A stretch of 64,000 bases of DNA from Tubiluchus corallicola (lineage: Eukaryota; Animalia; Priapulida). A program made the position numbers and the translations under genes. This document shows, piece after piece, positions 55,021 to 64,000 of this stretch. The notes under the pieces are model-generated. The model searched no databases. It had not been told where the DNA came from and saw only the letters and a program-made list of their open reading frames with translations. The stretch is from NCBI GenBank assembly GCA_030141605.1, contig JAQGDQ010000006.1, positions 744,001 through 808,000 on the forward strand, given 5' to 3'. How positions within the stretch are numbered: the first letter of the stretch is position 1; each line of letters starts with the position of its first letter.

Positions 55021-55380
55021 AGCAGCACGGTTTGTTAAAAGCGAATATCGTCGAGAGAATAACTGAAATGGAACACTTTGAAGAACTAGCGGTAGCTCTA
55101 CCAAGCTACGTTCTAAAAATCGTTATAGACTGGTGATTATACTTTTTTCGTGCGTGCGTCATGCCATCCTTCTTATGTAACCATTCACATGACCACGTCA
55201 AAAGCTATCGACAAAATGTTCAAGCAGTGCTTTGATAAACCCAAAGGAGCTGGTGGCAAATGGACCAAGGGCTCAGTATTCAGTAACCGAACTACTCATT
55301 ATTAGGGAAGTAACGAGTATTATATAGTGAAGCTACAAATGTCATTGGTCTCATTTCGCATCTGAAAGGTAGTTACTCAC

Positions 55381-55650
55381 CTCAATATATTTAGAAAGCC
55401 CCACAAAGAACAATAATTTTAAGCATCACAATTAACAATTGCACTGCAATACGGTAACTACGTACGGTAAGAAATTTCTGTATGGAAAAAATAGAGCTAC
55501 CGATAGATGTCGTCTAATTCAGTTCAATTCAGCGTTATTTTTCGAATTTTCTGCGACTTGAATTGCGTTATTGCAAATGCTGAACGTTACGTCGCTTTTT
55601 AAAATATTTTCGGCTTGACACACTGACTATGTAGCACTTAATTAAGTTAC
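55381..55650 (-). promoter_or_regulatory. Probable NCOA5 non-coding 5' exon and promoter
   Basis: Strong minus-strand donor GAG|GTGAGTAA at 55381/55380, local CpG enrichment; the ATG exon begins with an acceptor at 51556 so an upstream exon is required. Confidence 0.5.
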
Positions 55651-56583
55651 TTTAATACTTTTTCGAATAATAAATAGTTGATTTTCAGACTGCGTTAAGC
55701 TGTCAAATTTTTATGCATCAAAATGCACAAAATATAATTCCATAGTCAGTTAAAACTACATGGATTCGAAAGATGCTGATATAAAGGACAAAATTAGCGA
55801 TCCGTACCAAATACGAAACATTCAAAGCAAATTTTTGAGAATGTGCACAATAAAAAATTATGTACTTTTCTGGATTTAGTAAATATTTTTTTGCTTTTCT
55901 TAGTTTAACCATTTATCTCCTTTTTATAATCTTCCTAAAACACCAGTAAACACCAGTCTGCTATGCACAACATTTTGCGCCGAAAGAAACTTTCAAAAAA
56001 TTATGGGACTGCTAGCTCAGACTAATAAATTTCAGGAAGACACTCCAGTAATTTGGTAGTTGCTATAATGGGTATAATTAAACAAAAACAATTGATGCAT
56101 TGGAAAAAGTAAGTTGATATGTCTTATTATAGGTCCAGTGAGTTTCTGTGACAGCCATTCGATTGTAATGCAGCAAATCTTTAAATGGCTTTTTTAGCAT
56201 AGCCAGGAATGATACAACACTGGGGAGGGGGCAACAAGTAACGTGATTGAATGCATGAGCTAATGTCTCAATTAAAATTCAATGTTTTTAAGAAGGTTCT
56301 TTACCCAGCAAAAGAACTTAATACTGTACCACTTACTACAGAATCTTATTATATGGGGCATTAGCTGTCCTTTATTAATCTTTTGTCCATGTTGCCATGC
56401 ATAGGGGGTTGGCCAAATTCATTTTCATAGTTATATAAATGGCAAAAAATCGTGAAATTGTGTCCTCGCTGAATTGCACTGTAATGTTTTTTATAATTAC
56501 CCAAATAAACTTTGGTGCAAACTTATTTCTGAATAAGCAGCTTGATTAATTGAGCTTCAGTTTTGAATCATCTAATCTAGTTA

Positions 56584-57079
56584 CAGTGGCCGCCGCTTAT
56601 TGTGGACACCTCGGGCCAGCAGTGTATGTCCATATTAAGCGGCTGTCCATATTAAGCGAAGTGACCCATGAAGACCCTTCCCCTTCATTAAAAAAGGCAA
56701 AAAACTGTCTGTATCAACTCGTCTCCTGTTTTATTGAAAAAAAGAAGTCAGACGAGTTTGTTTGGCAGGAAACTTTTCTCTCAACCTTGAACGCAAGGAA
56801 GTTATCACAGTTTCGAAGCTCTCAAGGCCACGGCAAACGGTGAACTGACTGATGCAATGACTCACACAGGCAGCAGAGCGGGAAGCTCTTTTCAATCACG
56901 CGCGCAGGCCGTGGTTGGCACGGCTGGTTCACGTGCCAAGAATGTTCACTGTCCATATTAAGCGGCGGTTGTCCATATTAACCGGCGGATTTTATTAGGG
57001 GAAAATTCCGTCCCTCGCGAGTTGTCCACAATAACCGGCTGTCCACAATAACCGTGTCCATAATAAGCGGCGGCCACTG
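56584..57079. mobile_element. Young pogo/Tigger-type MITE
   Basis: TA|CAGTGGCCGCCGCTTATTGTGGACAC ... GTGTCCATAATAAGCGGCGGCCACTG|TA (26-bp TIR, one mismatch), internal GTCCATATTAA repeats, CpGs retained. Confidence 0.93.
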
Positions 57080-57150
57080 TATCACCATTATAATTAACAG
57101 ACGTGTCATCTTTACATCATTATCAAGCTCTTTGATATCGTCATCATTAT

Positions 57151-57566
57151 TAGGGGTGAGAATCGAACGTTCAAGTTCAAACGTTTCAATTCGATTCGAA
57201 CGAGTTTTTAGTGCAAATCCGATTTAAACCTAAAATTATACATTCGAATAATTCAGTAAATACCCCAGCCATGTACGTTTTTTATCATTAAAATGCGTGA
57301 CACATCATGCAATCAGTGCTGTTTAGCTGCAGTTTCTGTGCAAAATATTCAACAAGCTGCTAGTGGTTTTGCTGAGGAACAAAATCATGTAATATGTATG
57401 ATCTTTGGAAGGCCACTAGTGGTTTGAAAACTTGTTCGAAAATCTTTCCAACTCAGTTCGAATTCGGATCGAATTTGAAATACTGAAATTCGGTTCGGCT
57501 CAAATACGAAAGTCACAAATTTGATTCAATTCGAATTCGCTTTCTGATAGAGAATGCTCACCTATA
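57151..57566. mobile_element. Degenerate hAT-like MITE with TTCGAA sub-terminal repeats
   Basis: TAGGGGTGAG start and CTCACCTA end; clusters of TTCGAA/ATTCGA at both ends. Confidence 0.55.
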
Positions 57567-59475
57567 ATCAATATTGTTGTTACTACCATTCTCAAATTAT
57601 TATCACCCTCAAATACCATTATTATAATCGTCATTGTTATTATCATTATCATCATCAACATCATCATCATCATAATTGCAATGTTATAATTAATATGTCT
57701 ATGACTTAGGAACCAGATAACAGAAGAATACGATTGGAATCGTATTGGCTCGGAGCCTTGCATGTTGGGATTAAAATGTAATTATAAGCGAAAATAAGCA
57801 AGAAAATTGTTGGCTTGTGAAGCTTATTCTTTTTATGTTTTTGAATATCACGCAACAAACTCTTTTTAAAGTTCATAGCGTCAAGAGAATCTATCATTTT
57901 TGTTCATTGTTCAGTAACTTCAGTTTGTAACTAAAATAAATTTGCATCGAAATTTTGTTAAATGCTAACGTACGTACCAAAGAATACAAACCACAGAAAG
58001 TAGGGAAATTCGTACTGCGCAGTAGTTCGCGCAGTTAGTGTCGCCCTAGCGGCCGTTCAGTACGGACTGTTGTTGTCAGGTACGCAACAGCGCAGGCTGT
58101 GGGTACTGTAGCTGATGAATTGATGAGACCATCAAAACCAGCCCGCTTAACAGGCGCTCATAAATTGCTCAGCAGTGAGTTGCAAAAACACAAATAAAAA
58201 TATCTTTTAAATTTTGCAAGGATGCAGCCAGGTAAATATAATAAAATGTTAATTATAACACAGTTTTGAAACTTTTGTTACTAGTTAAATATTTTGTACG
58301 CTAAGCGAAGACTGCAAGGCCTACATCTCTCTTTGGCGATTTATAGCAGCTGTTATATTTTTGAATATTATTTAAAGCAAGCATAAGGCATTAAGAATAA
58401 TTTGTAGTTAAAATAAAAATTATTATAATCATATCTCATAAAAATTAATAGGCATATTTACAAAAGAAGTTAAGAAAGTTGATCAAAAAGAAAGTTTGCA
58501 AATACCTGGCTCATGTAGTATTCGATTTCTGGAGAAATATTTTTTCTAAAAAACATTTCTATTTCATATGTTCTTATCAGGAAATATAACTTGAAGATAA
58601 TCATTAGGCGAAGATTTTCATGTGTAATACCTTCCATAGAAAAAAAATCGATTTTTTCAGAAGAGCAAATAATTTTCCAGAACAAAACTTAATCTAAGCA
58701 TCTGCATGTTTTGTTAATTCCAAGTTTAAAAATGTTTAAAAAGAATATAATCATACATTGGCCTTTGTTATGAGTTGGAGTTAGTTACAAAATTACGTTG
58801 AACAAGCAGAGATGCATTTACGACATTACTCCTCTTTTTTATTATCAGTGAACAAAAAATAACTGAAGGAAACATCAGAGCTGTCATCCTAAGCAGCCGA
58901 CATAACTTCCACCTCTATAACAACCAACTAACTATGTCAAAACCTAGTTACAGAATTCAGGCGAGAAGCATAAATTAGAATCTGCACGCGTGTCATAATA
59001 CCTTATAATATCATGTGCAGACATTACTTATATTTGGCCTAATTTTTTAAGATTCACTTAGGCTAACATCAAAATAAATGTTCATTAAATACAGTTTGCT
59101 TACGTGTAAAAAATGTACTTGTATAATGTTCTTTTGTTTTGTTTATTAATTAGACTCTTTAGTATTATTTTAAAGCATGTACTTTGCAGCTTGATTCAGT
59201 TCCCTATTTGAAAGTTTATTTAAATTTCTGTTTGGCTAGCTTGCTTTTCATTTTATTTAGTTTGTTTTTTATTATTTTTATTTAGTATTATTGTTATTAT
59301 TTTGCATGTTATTCTCATATTGAGTCATGCATGGACGATATGACAGCTTGAATTTGGTCATTTTTTTGCACCAATGTTTTTCTTTTGCTAATGAATGTTT
59401 TTACCATTACGACCTTTGTTACTTTATTAGTAAGGTATAAATCAATTTAAATGAAATTATTCATTCATCGCAGCC

Positions 59476-59619
59476 TATATCAAAATCGTAATTACATATT
59501 ATGTTTTCCTTATGTTTCCTTGCTATTTATTACATCATTTACTTTATTTCAAAATTATTTCAATATTTATATCAAAATCGTAATTGCATATTATGTTTTT
59601 CTTATGTTTCCTTGCTATT
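59476..59619. repeat. 52-bp direct repeat, period 92
   Basis: TATATCAAAATCGTAATTRCATATTATGTTTTYCTTATGTTTCCTTGCTATT at 59476-59527 and 59568-59619. Confidence 0.9.
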
Positions 59620-60229
59620 GTCTTTACTTTATTACTTATTATTTACTTTATTACATCAATTTCATTGAGTCATCTACAAAAGCACGCATATCTTTAATAA
59701 TTGTTTCACTTTCATTTAAGTAAGGTGAGTGTGTTAATGACCGTATGGTCGTACACTCACCTCACACTACTCAAATCATTTTATTTATTGTTTATTTATG
59801 TGTACAATATCGTATTTTGATGTGTGAAATAAAATTCATAGTTCATAGTTCCGTCTTTCTTTTAACTCTCTCTCTCTCTCTCTCCCTCTCTTTCTCTCTA
59901 AGAGAGGGAGGGAGAGAAAAATCAATAAATCAATGAAAAATGCATTACTTTTTTACATAGTAGGCAGCCCATCACGCAGTCAGCTAGCCTCTTTCCTCAG
60001 GAAAAACAATAAAATTTACTTACAAGAAAACTGAACAGGCATTTGCAAGTACATAATACAAACTTGTTGCTACAATTTTTTTTCCTTTTCATGAAATGTT
60101 TTCAGTTTTTTTAAACTAATAATTGCTTTTAATTGAGATATACTTCTTTTATTAAAAACGCAAAAGTGATTTTGGCTTATCAAAATTGCACGTATGCCAA
60201 CACTACTGGTGAACTTAATAATATTATTA

Positions 60230-60612
60230 TTACAGTCAATGTGGCGCTCCAAATTTTTTACTGATTCGCCGTTTGATGCCGCCAGCATAGCCGCTAATCG
60301 CAAAAATGAAATACGTAACAAGTGTTCCGTCACTTCCTCTTTATACACTTTGTACGTACTACAGTCCTTTTTGAACAAAAAACTGAATTGAATTGATGAA
60401 GAAAGCCCAAATCAAAAGCTAAAATAGTGCAATCGGTGGGGTCAATGGTCATGAGCATAGCCTCAGCCGAGGCATGTTATCTAAAGTTTTTGTCATGAGT
60501 CTAGCGAAAGACGTTTTAGGCAAACGGCGAAAAGCCTGACCACAGTTGATTTTATATAAAATTTTGGTTAGTCGTTTTTGCGTGTTAGTCTGCATTTGTT
60601 AGAAATAAAACG
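60230..60612 (+). promoter_or_regulatory. CpG-rich promoter/5' UTR of CNEP1R1
   Basis: CpG enrichment directly upstream of ATG 60613; tandem ETS-like cores TTCCGTCACTTCCT at 60324-60337. Confidence 0.55.
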
Positions 60613-63600
60613 ATGTCTTACGAACAAACAGAAGGTAAATAAATGGGCATATATTGTTATAATGTTACAAACGAGTTTGTTTTCCGACTCGCTATCTACT
60701 GCTGTAACTTATAACCTCTGAAAACTGAAAATGCCTAGACCTTAGTAATCTGTTATAAGACCAATATCATCTTGAACTGATGTTCGATATTCAATGTGGA
60801 ACGAAATTCTGAAAGTGATTCGATATTTATCTATTGAACCGAAGTTGGTTTGGTATTCAGTATAGAACCAAAAGTCGGTTTGATATTGAAACTATTCGGC
60901 ATTCTTGATAGCCTTAAATGCACTATTCAGTATTGAAATAAAGGTTGGTTTGATATTCACACTACTGAAAATTTAAATGTACTTCCTCTTACTTAAATCG
61001 CTGATGTACATTTAAGTTTGTAACACCTCTAGTACTGGTACTTCTGCCTATTAGCATGGCTAGCTACCCATTAAAAACTCCCGTTACTAGCATTCCCAGG
61101 AAAATTAGATCTGCTTCATTTTGTTAGGATTTCCGCTCCAAAAAAATTGCCTAAGTTAGCTAAGATGCACCTAACAGGTCCTGTCTAAGGGGCCTGCATG
61201 GTTCCTGCCTAGATGGTTAGTTGGGCTTATTCTGTTTAATCGCTTAATGATGATGGTGGTGGAGGTGGTAGTGATGATTGATGATGATGATGCTTGGCTA
61301 ATGGCTATGTCCAAAGCATCCAGTCATCCTTTGTCTAAACATCTGTATGTCTAAAGTTGCTGTGGCTGTTATCGAAACATGCTGATGTTCAGACATTCTG
61401 TTTCCAAGCTTCCCTGGCTCCAAATATCTTACTTTAAACTTCCCTGTGCCCTTACAGCAGATAAGCATAAAAATTGTGCATTTTTTGAGAAAATTGTGAA
61501 ATTTCTAACACAGATAGTTTGGTTTCATTTTAGATGTTGAAGGAAATCAGATTTGACCTTTGTGGGCTGTCAGAGGTCGAATTCATAATGTCCACCATCG
61601 AACATGGCAAACTCCTTGAAGGCTACAAATTGATGTCCATTTACTGATATTGAAATTAATTTAAGTTCGAGTTAGTGGTAGATATCTGAAGTTGACAGTC
61701 ATTTTATTTCAGATTTGAAGGCATTTGAGAGACGTTTAATGGAAGTTATTTCTAGTCTTCAGCCTTCAACTGGCAGATGGAGAGGTGAGCGTGCTCATTT
61801 TTCCTAGTATACTCATTTGAATTTGTGTAATATGGAAGATTGACTAGATGTACCAGTAAATGTTAAAATTATGGTTTCTAATAGATTCTGCACTTATTTT
61901 ATTTTTCGTGCCCTTTCAATCTTTTATACTTTCAGCTCTATTGCTAATTGTCGGTGTGTGCACAATATTTACTGCTTGGAAATGGCTGCTTGATCCTGAA
62001 ACATCGAAGGTTAGTATTGCCTGCAAGCGTTTGTCCTTTCCTTTGATCAAGTTATAGCATTTGAAGTATAGAGACAGCATTGCTGATCTCTGTAGTTTGC
62101 TTAGAATTTGTTTTTGAATCCCGCCTGATGTCTGCCTCATATAGTTTTAGCATCAAAGACATTTTAAAATATCATTCATATATCATGACATTTGATTGCA
62201 TTGTATGGTAACTGGGAAAAGTAACACGTTTAGCCTATAGTTAGTTGATTTTGACATTTCTTCGATAAAACAGACTATAGCAGTTGGAAGAGCATTGGTA
62301 GTGTTGGTGGCCTGCTCTGTTAATTTTCTAATTTCATTTTAAGGATTTTAGCTTCACTTCACTGGCCTTTCTCCACAGTCTACTTTGAGGTGGATTGGTT
62401 GTCTCTGGATTGGTTGTCTTTGAGGTGGATTGGATTATTGACATCAAGCTCTATAACTAACCTTCGGCACTAGTAATTGTACCAGCATTGTATACATGTA
62501 CTTTGCAAATACCCCTGTAATCATACTTTTATTATAGAGAATTAAGATTATTGTGTCTGCCTGCATGTCTGTTTCTTTATGCATGCCTCAGCTATTTACC
62601 TATAGAGCTGAAACTTGGCACACTAATGGAGTTTTTGTTAAAGGTGATGGAATCAAAAATACAGATAACCCCGACCGTCAGATATATCAGAGCCAATTAA
62701 TGAATCCTGTTAATAGATTTACCCATTAAATAGGTCACATGCACTGAGTTTTACTCAAAGCAGTTTCTCCAAAATGAATGTGTACATCAATTTCAATGAA
62801 TAAGTAGGTCTATATAATACATGTTTATTTCTCATTCTCTTATTTATCCTTCTCTAGAACATTTAGACAGAAATTAATAGTAAAATTCATGTTCATTACC
62901 TTGGCGAAATGAAGAGGCTGTAACAAAACTGCAACAACGTCAAACTTAATTTCTTAGCAGTTTTAAAATATAGTGTTAAACGCAATTTACAGTAATTTTT
63001 TATTGTTCTGCAACAGCAATGTGACAGGATTGCCTACTTGGGTCCTATTCTGGGAAAAGTCTAAAAATTATAATTCACGTGCGAAGCGAGCAGGTGACTG
63101 CTAGTAAATAAAACGTATGTTTAACAGCAACTTCTTTTCTTTACTAGTGAGAGGAACATGACTTGATGTGTGCTCAATTGCAAAGTTAAGCAAAGATAGC
63201 TTCAGAATGGTTTTGCACGCTGTTTTTCATGTTGAAAGAGTGTACACATCCAAATGTAGTGAAGCCATCTGCTACTTACTGTCTCATTTCAGAGGATTCT
63301 CGATGATAATAAGCTAGATTCTAGTCCTGCTACAAATACTGTGTATTTTATAAACCCTTACATTAAGATGACGCCTTCCTCATTTGGAATGATTTGTATA
63401 AAAAGATGTAGATAAACAGTATTTTTGTGTCTCTGATTGTTTATACTTCCTGATTGATGATAGTGGCACCAGTGTGAGGATCTACAGAAATTTCAAGTTG
63501 TTTTTTGAACTGCTGGTAGCATAAACAGCTGTGTATTCTTAAGTTAAAGAAATTTGTAAAGCTTATTGCTTTTATCTAGTGAAAGTATATTTGCCGAGAC

Positions 63601-63743
63601 TTCCAGAATTAGTATAAGCATTTTCATTTTTAGGTGTCTTTCACTCAGTCTTTGTGGAACCATCCATTATTTGTGATCGCTACAGTGTTCTTAGTCATAT
63701 TATTTTTAGGCGGCATTCACAAGCGAGTAGTAGCTCCATCAAT
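60613..63743 (+). CDS. CNEP1R1: Nuclear envelope phosphatase-regulatory subunit 1 (TMEM188); 3' exons lie beyond the window
   Basis: Exons 60613-60634, 61713-61784, 61936-62009, 63634-63743: [69 protein letters not shown]...[10 protein letters not shown], matching recalled CNEP1R1. Confidence 0.96.
62521..63104 (+). mobile_element. Non-autonomous Helitron-like element
   Basis: A|TC start, CTAG|T end, sub-terminal GC-rich stem remnant TGCGAAGCGAGCAGG, 5' TGTCTG repeats and GCTGAAACTTGGCACAC motif; no TSD. Confidence 0.75.
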
Positions 63744-63752
63744 GTATCCTTT
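63744..63752 (+). other. U12-type (minor spliceosome) 5' splice site
   Basis: GTATCCTTT immediately after CNEP1R1 exon 4, exact U12 donor consensus. Confidence 0.9.
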
Positions 63753-63896
63753 TGAATTTTTCTGTGCTTTAAAGAGGTATTTTTGAGTATTTACTAAATG
63801 GCAACCAACTGATGCAATATGTGTATTGAGGCATTTTATTAGAGCATTTTACTGGTATACCACGCCATTCAATTTAAGAACTTATGTACACAAGAC

Positions 63897-63931
63897 AATA
63901 ATAATAATAATAATAATAATGATAACAACAA
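63897..63931. repeat. (AAT)n microsatellite
   Basis: Direct reading. Confidence 0.9.
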
Positions 63932-64000
63932 GTGAACGTTTTTGCCTGTTTCAAAGGCCGTTGTAGAAACTGTGCTGCTGTGGTGTAATGATTAGCATAG

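Noticed and set aside
58105-58145. Hammerhead ribozyme or SECIS at CTGATGA...hairpin
   Set aside because: No GAAA after stem II and no stems I/III; SECIS spacing not met and it is not in a 3' UTR.
1-63743. Functional phosphatase cluster (PTPN23, ACP1, CNEP1R1)
   Set aside because: The three are unrelated folds with no shared regulatory feature visible; adjacency alone is not evidence without synteny data.
1-64000. Prokaryotic systems (CRISPR arrays, operons, defence islands)
   Set aside because: The window is spliced eukaryotic DNA; no regularly spaced repeat-spacer array was seen.

Overview
AT-rich, intron-containing genomic DNA from an invertebrate animal (species not determinable; chitin-binding gene, gene-body CpG depletion and a U12 intron are visible). 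It holds five spliced protein-coding genes, reconstructed by hand from GT-AG boundaries and frame continuity: (1) PTPN23/HD-PTP (+, 5' part outside the window, 22 exons visible, stop 15804) with a degenerate PTP active site; (2) ACP1/LMW-PTP (+, 23235-26097, 158 aa); (3) a secreted protein with five CBM14 chitin-binding domains and a hydrophobic tail (+, about 32244-36975); (4) an NCOA5/Neosin-type gene carrying an N-terminal RS tract and an hnRNP C/RALY-like RRM (-, 41345-51544, 617 aa); (5) CNEP1R1/TMEM188 (+, from 60613, running off the window at a U12-type donor). Introns and intergenic DNA contain decayed LINEs, pogo/Tigger-type MITEs (one with a nested LINE fragment), a Helitron-like element and microsatellites. 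The most interesting candidates are in the NCOA5 gene: the RRM-NCOA5 architecture and an in-frame 111-nt cassette exon that creates a TAG stop exactly at its splice junction (candidate poison exon). No searches were run; homology calls rest on recalled sequences.
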